A stretch of 64,000 bases of DNA, from the NCBI RefSeq assembly GCF_947568905.1, contig NC_079173.1, forward strand, positions 3,720,001 through 3,784,000, written 5' to 3'. A model generated the notes under the pieces. It made no database searches. It was not told the DNA's origin and saw only the letters and a program-made list of their open reading frames with translations. Of the stretch, positions 11,901-23,970 are shown in pieces (the first letter of the stretch is position 1; every line of letters begins with the position of its first letter). The stretch comes from Ostrea edulis. Lineage: Eukaryota. Both the position numbers and the translations under genes were made by a program.

Positions 11901-14900
11901 AGTCACATATTTGTTCTGTTGTCACGCGTCTATAACACTTAACTGAGTCACATATTTGTTCTGTTGTCACGCGTCTATAACACTTAACTGTCGAGTCACA
12001 TATTTGTCCTGTTGTCACGCGTGTATAACACTTAACTGAGTCACATATTTGTTCTGTTGTCACGCGTCTATAACACTTAACTGAGTCACATATTTGTCCT
12101 GTTGTCACGCGTCTATAACACTTAACTGAGTCACATATTTGTTCTGTTGTCACGCGTCTATAACACTTAACTGAGTCACATATTTGTTCTGTTGTCACGC
12201 GTCTATAACACTTAACTGAGTCACATATTTGTTCTGTTGTCACGCGTCTATAACACTTAACTGAGTCACATATTTGTTCTGTTGTCACGCGTCTATAACA
12301 CTTAACTGTCGAGTCACATATTTGTCCTGTTGTCACGCGTCTATAACACTTAACTGAGTCACATATTTGTCCTGTTGTCACGCGTCTATAACACTTAACT
12401 GAGTCACATATTTGTACTGTTGTCACACGTCTATAACACTTAACTGAGTCACATATTTGTACTGTTGTCACACGTCTATAACACTTAACTGAGTCACATA
12501 TTTGTACTGTTGTCACACGTCTATAACACTTAACTGAGTCACATATTTGTTCTGTTGTCACGCGTCTATAACACTTAACTGTCGAGTCACATATTTGTAC
12601 TGTTGTCACGCGTCTATAACACTTAACTGTCGAGTCACATATTTGTCCTGTTGATGAAGTGTATATATCATACGTCATTACAAAGTCATTCAGAGTGAAT
12701 AATACATCTTCATACAATAAAAACATGATTAAAACGAACTTGCTTATAATGAATTGCAGCGAAATTATTGGATATAGAGAATGTTTATAATGAATAAAAA
12801 TTGACTGTATCCAGCACCTATGCTTTACGCTTGTTGTATTATAATTACATTCTTTCAACATAAATGGGTTGTATATTGTTTAACTTTACCACTCATATGG
12901 AGACGTCACCACTGACGGTGAAGGACTGCAAAATTTAGGCCTATGCCTGGGCTTTATAGCCTTTGAGCAGGGAGGGTACTTTAATGTGCCACACCTTCTG
13001 TGACGACACAGGGCCTCGGTTTTTGCGATCTCATCCTAAGGACTGCCTCATTTAGTTACCTCTAATTACAACAAGCAAGGGGTACTGAGGACCTATTCTG
13101 ACCCGGATCCTCATGAGAATCTGTTACTTGTAATAAAGAAGAAATAGGACAGAAAAAAGCAACACTATTTGCTCTGACTACAAACATAGCGGGGCATGAA
13201 AACAAAAGCAAAGCACAGAGTCTACTAAGAATCAAAAACATAAATGTCATCGATAATATTGTTGACCTGTCACCTAATTCTGTAGCTTTTGGTTCACATT
13301 GAAACAGCACTAATCTGCTGGAACACGACCGGATTATTAAAGCACCAGGTAGTCTTAGAGTGACTGGGTATGCAGCCACTTCTGGATACGAAGATTAAAA
13401 TGTCGATTTGTTTACAGTGACAATGACAGACAGAGAAATAATAGCTTACACTGGTTCTCCGAGAGCAGAACAGGTGATGACGATACTTAAAATTTAATGA
13501 GATATGGTTATATTGTAAAATTGCTTACCTGAGTACTGAATTGTTGCTCCTAAGAACGAGTCTATGAATGAACCAATATATCCCATGAGGATCCCCACTA
13601 ACAGAATGGGCCACTGAGGGGGGCCTTTGTTTAAAAACGATTCGCTGAGCAGAAAAATCTGAGTGAGATAAAAAGCCAAGCCTACAATTCCTCCTCCTAA
13701 TACACTAAAAAAACTTCCTATCGCAGTTATGCCTCCATTCGTACCTGAAATTATATATATATGCAATAAAACACAATGCCAAAGCCATAATACATGTACA
13801 TAAAGATTAATACACGTACATAAAGATTAATACACGTACATAAAGATTAATACATGCACGCAAATCAGTTATACCAAGCGGAGCTTGAACAGTCCAAATG
13901 CCGTCTGTGAAGCAAGGCTCTAAAGGTAACATGTATGTGAAAGGAAAACAAGAAATTGGCAAAAGAAAAGTGATAATATCTCCCTACTATAACTGAAAAT
14001 TTGGTAAGCCAAAAGGGTGCGACCATTTTGTTCAACTATCGGTATCCTCTGCTGTCTCCACAGAAGGAGTTCTGCCCAATTAATTCATTAGTTCTTCCAT
14101 CAGTTATTTGAGTTTTCAATATCATTGGCAAAAAATACAAGATTCTGACATGTGCAATTTATAATTTAAACCTTCAGTTTGTTCAAAATGAGTTGTAAAG
14201 AACAAGGTACGATATTGTATACATAAAAATTGGCCCCAAAATTTTCTCTATATAAAATGTCTGGAATTAACCTTAATCAGCGTTTTAAGAAAGTAAAATA
14301 TATGCCAGGTATACTATGTCAAGAATGATATTCCTAAATGGATAGCATTGTGACATCATGAATAAGACATTTCCCACCTTTTTCTCAAAATAAGCCTGAA
14401 AACTATCAAATGTCATACATATTATTGCTCAGGAAAAGATGTGTGCATTTGTCAAGCAAATGAAAATGATATATATCGTGTATCATTTTAAGATGAAAAA
14501 CATACTTCAATATGAATTTGCTCGACGCATGCGCTGTGTGTTTTCTGAAAGGAAAACCACCTGAATTTGTGGATATTTTCATTGAAAATGGCATTTTTGC
14601 AATTTTATGCCAACTTCTAGCTCTCATCATATGACACAAATCATTTTACTGATCAAACTGAGTGAATTTTGGGTTTGCTAATCTATTCCTTATTTGAATG
14701 CCAGGGTTTGAGCTCCAAGTGAACTCATCGATATTTTGGGCCAGATGACTTTAGAAACTGTACCTACTTCTTTAAAGTTTTTAGCAAATTGGATACGACG
14801 TCACAATTTACTGTTTACGTCAATCACACCTTAAATTTGTTGTATTAAATGAAGAGGCGGATCAAATGCCTAAAGTGTTGCAAGATGTAAAATACATTTT

Positions 14901-17900
14901 CATCACTCAAATCAAATGTATGGTAACATCTAAACAATTAAGTAATCTCAAACTGTAACATCACATGTAGCATCGCCTCAAACTGTAACATCACATGTAA
15001 CATCGCCTCAAACTGTAACATCACATGTAACATCGCCTCAAACTGTAACATCACATGTAGCATCGCCTCAAACTGTAACATCACATGTAGGATCACCTCA
15101 AACTGTAACATCACATGTAACATCACCTCAAACTGTAACATCACATGTAACATCACCTCAAACTGTAACATCACATGTAACATCACCTCAAACTGTAACA
15201 TCACATGTAGCATCGCCTCAAACTGTAACATCACATGTAGCATCGCCTCAAACTGTAACATCACATGTAGGATCACCTCAAACTGTAACATCACATGTAA
15301 CATCGCCTCAAACTGTAACATCACATGTAACATCACCTCAAACTGTAACATCACATGTAGCATCGCCTCAAACTGTAACATCACATGTAGCATCGCCTCA
15401 AACTGTAACATCACATGTAGCATCGCCTCAAACTGTAACATCACATGTAGGATCACCTCAAACTGTAACATCACATGTAACATCACCTCAAACTGTAACA
15501 TCATATGTAACATCACCTCAAACTGTAACATCACATGTAACATCGCCTCAAACTGTAACATCACATGTAACATCACCTCAAACTGTAACATCACATGTAG
15601 CATCGCCTCAAACTGTAACATCACATGTAACATCACCTCAAACTGTAACATCACATGTAGCATCGCCTCAAACTGTAACATCACATGTAGCATCGCCTCA
15701 AACTGTAACATCACATGTAGCATCGCCTCAAGTCTCCGTGAACCCTTTCTAGTTTTATATGAAGGCCAACACAAAAAATCTTTAATATTTGGATGTTACT
15801 GGGCATCAAGCACCAGAGGAATTTCATAAATAACTGTAAACATTCATTTTTAAGTGCGGAACTTATCTAAGTTAAGTCTGTGGTCACATAAACTCTGCGT
15901 AATTTTATACCAGCAGACTTTAAGTATGTAAGCTATTGATTTCATGTAAGCCACACAAAGTCAGTGGACTAGCTTTCATACCTGTAGACAAAACCAAAAA
16001 TGATAATCCGTGAAATTATGACTCCCGAGTCCGTGAAATTCTATAAGCCTTCAGTATATATACAAGTGAGAGGATATTTCTATTTCTAATTTACCGTACT
16101 TTACTGCATGATTTTATGATCATCACTTAATTGGGATGCAACAATGACCATTTCATGCTTCGCTCCGTCCAGCGGTCACACTGTCACACAATTATTATAT
16201 GAAATGTTTTTCAATGAAAAAAAGTCTTAATTAAGAAGTGTATATACATGTACAGTATATGTGTAGTGATTTTAAAATAATTTATCAAAGAATGTACACA
16301 GACACAGATAAATGGACATTGATTAATATAACTATAGATGCCCTTTGGCCAATAAATATCTACAATCTTTTTCTTTAGTTATAAAACTTCTCATTCTTTA
16401 ACTCGTCCATTTTACTGACCATCCGATGAACTACAACACACAAACTCTGTTATTATCTGTACAGAGACTCACCTCGAGGGACTTTCTGAAAAGTTGTAAT
16501 GAGTCTGGGTTCAGTATTCCTAGAAAACACAGAACCAAGCTCTGAGGAGAATGTGTCCCCGCATGAACAGGCAAGAGCTCCGAGGACGGCCATAGCTAGC
16601 CAGGATGGGGAATACTGATGAGAAAAGTCTATAATAACTTCCTTACACCCCACATGGAACATGTACTGCACGGCAAAGATTGCTGCGATACCACCATTGC
16701 ACATGACTTGAACCCAATTCCTTTGACCACCTACAAGTAAAAGAAAAGCTGTATCCACGTCTTTGTGATTATCTTGGTATCAGGTGACTTATATCTGTCT
16801 AAAGCAGTTTCATCTTCTGAATTTTAATAAACTTAAACAATTTCTAACAGTGGTATTTTACTGAACATATAAACATAGAGATTGGTATGAATAGAAATTA
16901 TAGAAGTTAAATTGCATATAATGATTTGTAAAATAATTTGCATTGATAAGAAATAAAGGCGTAAACTTTAATTGCTACCAACTTATCATTTTTGATTGTT
17001 GTGTTTGTGATGTCACAAAGACACATCAATGTAAACAAAGCATTGAAAATATTGTTTTGTTTAATGAATTATCATGTTAATTCAATGGACAAATTTCTGA
17101 TTACAAAATATTTCTACATATATATTATTACTACAGTAACTTGATCCGAAGAGTCGGATCATGTCTCGTTGACAGGCGCGCATAATCAGATCACACGAGA
17201 CGCGAAGCGTCAAGTTTGATCTGATAATCCGCGCCTGTCAACGAGACGTGATCCAACTCTTCGGATAAAGTTACGTAGTAATGATAAATTTATTACATTA
17301 ACCCCTTCTGCATTTTAAATCCACATTTATAAGATGATAAATGTAATGCAAATTATCAAAAACACAGACATACCATGAAATTATGTTTTGTGTATGCAGT
17401 TTTGCTTTAATTTGTGACGCGGTCAATATTTTCCACAAAAAACGTTGCGTTGATGCATTGTGATGTCATTGTGACGGCATCAGTTTCAGAGAATACTGAT
17501 ACGAAATCAGAAAACCACAGTGTGGTGATCCGGAAAACCGAATAACACTCTGTGAAATCCACAGTATCAAAGAACGATGCATTGATGGGCATATAATAAA
17601 TTTGAATATCAAAATTTATCACTCATATGGGGACCTCGATCACCATTGCCGGTGAAGGACTGCAAAATTTAGGCCTGTGCTCGGTGCTTATGGCCTTTGA
17701 GTAGTGAGGGATCTTTATCGTGCCACACCTGCTGTGACACGGTACCTTGATATATGACCATAATGACCCTGCGCCCTTGACTAGATTCCCTACATCTTGG
17801 GTTGCGAAATTCCCAATAATTTGGTACATTCTTTTCTGCTTTTCTTAAATATGTAGTTTTTATACTGTATCAACGAAATTAACGAAATCTTTCAAATGAT

Positions 17901-20900
17901 AGAGATATTTAATAATTATGAACCTGGTATTAAAACCTCTGCCTGGGATCCGGAAATTTACCGGTACGACTTTGGTAACCAGGCTACCTGCTCCCTCTAA
18001 ATATTCATTTACAGTCTTGTACTTTCAATTATCGTTATAATTATCAATTATGTATCAAAAGCATTAAGGGGATGTTATTTAAATTAACATCAACACTATA
18101 TGCCAAGATTGGCACTGTCCTGAGCTCAGAACCTCTATCCCAGGGATCATGAAATTCACAATTTTCTGCTCTAAATGACTATACATATTTAGTTTTTCTT
18201 ATACATGTGCCATTTTAGAAAAGAAGATTTTCGAAAATTGGTAAATTTTTGGCAGTATTTGCTCCATCCCCAGGGTGCAAGAGTCCTGAAATTTACAATT
18301 TATGTCCCCCTGTCTAAAAGATGCTTCCTACCAATTTTGAAAAGAATTGGAAGGGCAGTTATCAAGAAGAGTTCTGATACTCTATCACTTTGGAATAATC
18401 TTAGCATGCATATTTTCAGAAAAACATCAAAAAGAATTGGTTTTAATGTTAGTAATGTTATTTTTGGTGAAACGCCTCTCAGTTTGTGTAATAAAGTTGT
18501 TAATTTCATAATTCTGTATACCAAACAATATATTTTCAATTGTTCAAAACAAAACAAAATTCCTCATATTACTGGGCTGATACATTATCTTTCTTTCAAA
18601 TTCAAAGTTGAAATATTTGTAGCAATTGAATCCTGTGAAGTTTTGAAATTTGACAGACTTTGGGAAAACTGGAAAACTATTTTTGGTCTGTAACCTAGAA
18701 TAAAAAGTATTGAACCAATAATGCTGAATTAGTAGTGTGAAAGAGTGTGAGATGGTGTGAGAATGTATAAAATGATTAATATGTATCTTCATTACTATTA
18801 CTGATGATTATGTGAATATGGAAAAAGAATAAATTATAAAAAAAAAAAAAAAAAAAGAAGAGTTGAAAAATTTCAATTGTTAACTCATAACGGACGATGA
18901 TGGATGCAGACCATATTGCAATAGGTGTCCTGATTGAGTGACTCTGGTGACCTAAAAAGCTTATATACATATCTAACGGCTGAGCTAAATATCAAAATAG
19001 TTCAAGGCATTGTCTAAATTTAAAACAAACATGACATGTGAATATAGTTCTGATATTTCCAAACACCGACAAGCAATTCAAAGTGCATGATCAGAATGTG
19101 TGTGTTGTATATAACTGAATACTGTAGCTGAATATTTATAACTGAATACTGTAGTTGAATATTTATAACTGAATACTGTAGTTGAATATTTAAAACACCC
19201 AACATTTACTTACCATCCTTGTAGTTATGTTCCAGTTTTTTCTTCTGGTCAGCCTTGTACTTTGTGACCTTTGATCCCACGACAAAGAACGTAAAAAGAG
19301 ATGCGAAAAAGCACAGATTGCTGATGGTGAGAATGAAGCCCACGACGAGACCTGCAACGATTTATTGCCGAATATTTATATTCATGTCTGATGCAAAACA
19401 TACATTCACGTGCCTCTGTTAGGAAAGATCATCCTTACACTGATGTGTTTGTGAAACACTATGTCACCGGGGGCAACAAAGAAACATTAAACAAGGTCAG
19501 AAACTTTGGTACCAAATGAAAGATTTTGTCACAAGAAATGTACACATGAAATATAAGAGCTCTATTATTCACCATTCTAAAGTTATGAGCAAAGTTAAAT
19601 TTAAATCTTTGAAATGAAGTCAAGGTCACAAGGTCAAAGATCATGGTATTAAGGTAGCTCCATCCTCATGTGGCTTATCAATATTAATGGTTAAAAGTGG
19701 AAAAACTTTATTAATTTCCACTCAATATAGTTTAATTTAATCTATAACCAAAGAAAATGTATATGTTGCCACCTTAGATGTCAGACATACAAAAACAGAA
19801 GTATACATCAACATCAGAAAATCACACATTTTCGGTAAACAGAATAATAAAAATAGATAAAAACTTGTTGAAATGAGAAAATTTGAATATCAACAGTTTT
19901 AAAAAACTGTTAATTCATAAATATGTATAGATTAATTGTGGATATTAGGGAAACCAATTAATGTTTAATAGACATCCAGTAGAGGAAATTCCAGCATAAG
20001 AGTTATTGCCCTAATTGACAACATATTCTAAATCATAGATAATTGATTATCTATGGTAAATATAAACTTTTTCAGTATTAATAGTTTACCAGATTTTTTT
20101 ATTATATCCAGTGAATAAAATTCCTCTAAGAGATATATTTCTATCATGCACAAAGTTTAATTTATTGAGATTTTTGCAAAAACCTATGATATCACATGAG
20201 GATCGATCAACCTTAAATGAAAGGTCTCGTTCTAAGAAATTTATAATACATGACATCAAAACATAAACCGTGACATCACACACCACTCCTCTTGCCCTGG
20301 CCATGATCGATAAATTATATTCCATTTTACATTCATAGGCCTTATATCGCACACTGCATAATCTGCATTATTTAGAGAACCACAAGACTAGGATGAAACT
20401 GAGATAATCTAGTTAATCTCAGATCAATGAATTGTGACTTTGCAAAGTTCGTTAAAGACTGAATAGATGCCCCGGATTACAAGAAAGTGGAATGGTAAGA
20501 CATTGTAGTTTTTTTTGTGGAAAATTTCCAAAAACTAGCCCAAGGTCAAATTCAAGGTCACAAGGTCCACAAATCCGGTATCATTAGAAAGGTCTTCGCA
20601 CAAAAAAGCATTTGCTTAATATAAAAATAGTACCTCTTACGATTTCAAAGATATGGCTTATATTCAAATTTTCTAAGAGTAGGTCAAAGGTCAATGTTAT
20701 GGTCACCAGGTCAAAGCTTTTGGTGTCAATGGAAGAGACTTGCCACACGGAATACACATACTAAATATGAAAGCTCTGTCTCTTATGGTGTAAAACATAT
20801 GACAAACGTTAAAGTTTTTGTCACAGACAGACAGATGGACAGACAAAACAGGTCAAATACTATATGCCCCAGAATCTTGTGGACATACAAATCAAGGTGT

Positions 20901-22713
20901 ATAACAATCTGAGATGTCAACTGTGATTACCTGCTGTAGATTTATCAGTCTTAAAACCTGGATTACCTGCTATTACACCAGATCGATCCAGACTTTTCCT
21001 CTTCAATCCCCAGCTTGCAATTCCAACTGGTGCCAATATGGCCATCATCCATCTTAACGGCGAGACCGGTACTGAGTCTACAGAATTAAATGAGGTGTTA
21101 CACTGTACATCAATAGACACTATTAACCCTTTAAGATGGACCTATATCCACCAAAACATTGTGCAAGCAAAATACTCCTCCTAGGCACCTGATCCCACCT
21201 CTGGTATATCCAGGGGTCCATGTTTGCTCAACTCTCTATTTTGTATTGCTTATAGGAGTTATGAGATTGATCACTGTTCGTTATCTTCACTTTTCATGTT
21301 TTATTGGGAAAGTTTTAAGCTGGATTGCTACACCAAACTTTATTTCGATGAATTATTAAAGCAATCCAATATAATGTAAGATTATGAACACAGGCAATAA
21401 TTTTATATGAATATTTTTGTGTTTCTTCTGGATTTTTAAATTATTCTATTTACAATTTCGAGCTTTTTAAAGTCCAGATTAGAGCATCTACCCAAGTCTT
21501 CTTGGCATGTTTTATTAGATTTATATAATATTGCATCAATCACAGCGAAATATGGATGCGAAAATCTATTATTTGCAAACAATTAAAACACATTTCTTTT
21601 CACGTTTGGTGCCGTGACCAGGATAAATGTAAAAGAAAGGGTTCGATTGCTGGTAGCCAGATAGCTAGGTTGGTAGAGAACAAGATTGGAGATTCAGGGG
21701 GTCCGGGTTCGAATCTCTCTCTGGTCTGTTGCAATTTCTCCCTTCCTGCTACATTTGGTGCCGTAGACCAGCCCCTGGAACTGACAGGTGAAAATGCCTG
21801 CCAGGGGATAAAGATCCTGGGTTGATGTCTTGTGAAGACAATTCAAGGAGGAAGGAATGTAGGAATTAGACCGGTTAGCATGGCCATATAGTTCAGTTGG
21901 TAGAGCACCTGACTAGACATTCAGGAGGCCCGGGTTCAAATCCCAGTCTGGTCTGTTGCATTTTCTCCCTTCCTGTCACAATTTGATTATACATATGCAT
22001 TAATTAGATTAAGTGATTGAATTGTATATCATACGTAGCAAAATACCCAAGATAACCAGAAAATATTAACAAAATACTCTTAATTCATCTGAAAAGCAAA
22101 TACTCATTGATTTAAAAATCAGGGGGTATAAATACTTTTTGTGGTAAAAATGTATTTAGAGCTCTGCAGTATAGACATTCATAAATCCCTTCTGACATGC
22201 ACACATTGTCAATACAATCATTAAAATTTGTTGGATTATCTAATTTTTAACAGAAAAATAAAGAATTTCTGTTTGTCTGTGATAACAAAATTAAATCATT
22301 TAAAAAAAATTAACTAGATTGTTATACAAATGATTTCTGAAGGTTGTTTTGAAAAACAGTATTTTGTTTGAAATGTGTATGGATTGTTTTAGTTGGGTTT
22401 TTTTTTGGGGGGGGGGGGGTTTACCAAGGGGTGTAGTTTGTTTCACAGTTAAGGGTGCTGGAGTACAGGCGCTTGTTTCGGTTATGCCATTTAATGACAC
22501 AAAGCTTACGACGTGCACTGTATATGAAACAATTGTCTGTGGGACGGAGCCGGAGGCTGAGAATAGCAGAATCTGAGAAATGTCACTTTTAAAATTAAAC
22601 TGGATTTGTTAAAGAAAAACATTCTTACCATTATAAACGTAGCCATATACTATGGTACCAAGCCAGCAAATTAAACTGACAGGTGCAACTAACCCCAGTA
22701 CTACCAGCCACAT
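5786..22713 (-). CDS. TMEM19: Transmembrane protein 19, complete 6-exon gene model, 975 nt CDS, 324 aa
   Basis: Six exons join in frame through phase-1 GT-AG introns. Peptides such as GQRNWVQVMCNGG, LACSCGDTFSSELG, GTNGGIT, SFIDSFLGATIQYSG and LLDNHSVNLLSS match the TMEM19/DUF92 family as I recall it. Confidence 0.95.
6000..12651. repeat. 42/45-bp satellite, about 150 copies, in TMEM19 intron 5
   Basis: TTAACACTTAACTG(TC/TT)GAGTCACATATTTGTYCTGTTGTCACGCGTCTW. Confidence 0.97.
12888..13110 (-). mobile_element. Meta-domain SINE-like fragment
   Basis: Shares the 3' body with 3608-3920 and is collinear with 33017-33275. Confidence 0.7.
13529..13744 (-). CDS. TMEM19: TMEM19 exon 5: GTNGGITAIGSFF...FLGATIQYS
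   Basis: Acceptor tttcag|GT, donor CAG|gtaagc, 216 nt, phase 1/1. Confidence 0.95.
13790..13860. repeat. 20-bp repeat, 3-4 copies
   Basis: TAATACACGTACATAAAGAT. Confidence 0.85.
14940..15732. repeat. 30-bp minisatellite, about 26 copies, in TMEM19 intron 4
   Basis: CATCRCCTCAAACTGTAACATCACATGTAR. Confidence 0.97.
16473..16730 (-). CDS. TMEM19: TMEM19 exon 4: GGQRNWVQVMCNGG...RLITTFQKVPR
   Basis: Acceptor cttgtag|GT, donor GAG|gtgagt, 258 nt, phase 1/1. Confidence 0.95.
17136..17274. repeat. 139-bp imperfect palindrome
   Basis: GTAACTTGATCCGAAGAGT...GACGCGAAGCGTC...ACTCTTCGGATAAAGTTAC. Confidence 0.9.
17622..17742 (-). mobile_element. Meta-domain SINE 3' fragment
   Basis: TGTCACAGCAGGTGTGGCACGATAAAGATCCC...GGCCTAAATTTTGCAG on the minus strand. 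Confidence 0.7.
18100..18960. mobile_element. Helentron-like non-autonomous fragment interrupted by a LINE piece
   Basis: GGTCATGAAATTCACAATTT-type body; 3' end GACGGACGA...GGTCACCTGAG-like at 18890-18960. Confidence 0.5.
18372..18858 (+). mobile_element. 5'-truncated L1/Tx1-type LINE ORF2 C-terminus with poly(A) tail
   Basis: LWNNL...VIFG...NFIILYTKQYIFNC...W motif typical of L1/Tx1 ORF2 ends; A-run at about 18837-18856. Confidence 0.7.
19110..19192. repeat. 27-bp repeat, 3 copies
   Basis: TATAACTGAATACTGTAGYTGAATATT. Confidence 0.85.
19214..19351 (-). CDS. TMEM19: TMEM19 exon 3: GLVVGFILTISNLCFFASLFTFFVVGSKVTKYKADQKKKLEHNYKD
   Basis: Not in the ORF track, read by hand. Acceptor ttgcag|GT, donor ATG|gtaagt, 138 nt, phase 1/1. 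Confidence 0.95.
19455..19650. mobile_element. Helentron-like central repeat fragment
   Basis: AAGGTCAAGGTCACAAGGTCAAA unit shared with other copies. Confidence 0.5.
20520..20890 (+). mobile_element. Helentron-like non-autonomous element, 3' part
   Basis: AAGGTCA-rich repeats, GACA microsatellite, terminal TATGCCCC...GGACATA hairpin. Confidence 0.55.
20967..21077 (-). CDS. TMEM19: TMEM19 exon 2: DSVPVSPLRWMMAILAPVGIASWGLKRKSLDRSGVIA
   Basis: Acceptor ctgtag|AC, donor CAG|gtaatc, 111 nt, phase 1/1. Confidence 0.93.
21170..21295 (+). mobile_element. Penelope-like 3' UTR fragment
   Basis: ACTCCTCCTAGGCACCTGATCCCACCTCTGG...GTTATCTTCACTTTTCA. Confidence 0.7.
21645..21982 (+). mobile_element. 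Tandem tRNA-derived repeat, two tRNA-like heads about 230 bp apart
   Basis: A/B boxes at about 21651 and 21880; same family as 63545-64000. Confidence 0.75.
22629..22713 (-). CDS. TMEM19: TMEM19 exon 1: MWLVVLGLVAPVSLICWLGTIVYGYVYN
   Basis: ATG at 22713, hydrophobic N-terminal helix, donor ATG|gtaaga in phase 1, matching exon 2. Confidence 0.85.
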
Positions 22714-22939
22714 TGTTCTACTTTCACTTTGAGGTTTGTCTCGGGGTTCGGTGCGAAGGGTTTCGGTCCACGACAAGTTCGGCCCATCAAACTTTTTGTC
22801 CCCCTACCCGTGGAAGCTTGATTTAAACAAAAAATCATCAAGGTATAATTACTGTATATCATCTAAGATATTACTATAGCAAAAATTAATGAAAACGATA
22901 AATAAATAATTAAAAACACAAAGTTCTCAGAGAGGAAAA

Positions 22940-23048
22940 CAAGGAAGGTTCTCTTTAGAGAAGTGGACAAGCATAGCTTACATCCATGTAATAGACAAGG
23001 AAGGTTCTCTTTAGAGAAGTGGACAAGCATGGATTACATCTAATAGAA
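22940..23048. repeat. About 56-bp direct duplication
   Basis: ACAAGGAAGGTTCTCTTTAGAGAAGTGGACAAGCAT occurs twice. Confidence 0.85.
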
Positions 23049-23073
23049 ACCAACTACTTCCAAATATTTGAAA

Positions 23074-23105
<32 letters not shown>

Positions 23106-23174
23106 CAACTCAATTACAATTCCATTTCTCAATCGCCCCATCCCCGTTACATAACCATGAGAAAGCAACTCCTG

Positions 23175-23850
23175 GGAATACCTTGAACGGCGAAGATAAC
23201 GAACAGTGATCAATCTCATAACTCCTATAAGCAATACAAAATAGATAGATGGGCAAACACGGACCCCTGGACACACCAGAGGTGGAATCAGGTGCCTATA
23301 ATAATAATAATAATATCCTTTATTTATACAGGATTGCACAATTAGTTGTATAAACTAGTTTACATTGTGGTCCTGTCTATAACATATATACATATCGAGA
23401 ACATAATATATCAAAAAGCATGGAAATATCACAATTTATATACATACAGATAAGAACTAAATGAAAAGAGACAATAAACACACGAGTATCATTGAGGGTC
23501 AAAATAATGTTTTAGATAGGTTGATTTAAAAGATGTGGTAGTTGTACATTTTCTTATAAAATCTGGTAACGAGTTCCATAAAATTACTGCTGAAATGATA
23601 AAAGATCTTCTAAAATATTCTGTTTTGGTTCTTGTAACATAGATAAAATTTGTAGAGCTCTGTCTTGTATTTCTTGTGTTTACCTCATTCACAAATCTAA
23701 AAACATGTAAATACTCTGGAGTCATATGATGTAAAACTTTAAACATAAGAATAATTTTTCGATAAATAAAATAGTCAATCAAAGGCATCCATCTAAAATT
23801 TGATAGCATGCAAGAAGTTAGGAGGAGTAAACATCGATATCCCCTGTTGA
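23175..23850 (-). mobile_element. Penelope-like 3' UTR fragment split by a CR1/L2-type LINE piece
   Basis: CAGGTGCCTA at 23290 continues as GGAGGAGTAA at 23821. Confidence 0.7.
23298..23818 (-). mobile_element. 5'-truncated CR1/L2-group LINE with (TTA)n tail
   Basis: ORF 23489-23809 ends with ILWNSLPDFIR...SFK, typical of the L2/CR1 ORF2 C-terminus. Confidence 0.75.
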
Positions 23851-23909
23851 AGTGTGGAGTCGGTTTTATCTCCAGGAAAGTGTCAGCGAATTGTTTTTAC
23901 TGACTAATG

Positions 23910-23970
23910 TCCAATCAGAAAACAGTGGGCGGAGTCTAGTACAATATGATACAATATGACGTAATGACCC
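23910..23970. promoter_or_regulatory. CCAAT, GC-box and CRE-like cluster about 1.2 kb upstream of the TMEM19 ATG
   Basis: CCAATC, GGGCGGAG and TGACGTAA within 60 bp. Motif presence only; could be carried by a transposon. Confidence 0.25.

Noticed and set aside
6000-12651. CRISPR-like appearance of regular repeats, here and in the other arrays
   Set aside because: Units are contiguous monomers with no unique spacers, there are no cas genes, and the context is a eukaryotic intron.
7046-12861. Long ORFs of up to 404 aa with VKCYRRVTT repeats
   Set aside because: They result from 42/45-bp monomers being multiples of three without a stop in one frame; they lie in TMEM19 intron 5 and have no supporting gene structure.
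13062-13379. 105-aa minus-strand ORF as the TMEM19 last exon
   Set aside because: No family similarity, and it runs into a SINE; the true last exon is 5786-5952.
14938-15774. 278-aa ORF (EAMLHVMLQF repeats)
   Set aside because: Translation of a 30-bp minisatellite.
21770-21812. Hammerhead or twister ribozyme in the tandem tRNA unit
   Set aside because: CTGACAGGTGAAA lacks the CUGANGA core and stem II. The CCGG..CCGG and GGAGGG elements lack the P2 and pseudoknot complementarity a twister needs. A model-based scan is still advisable.
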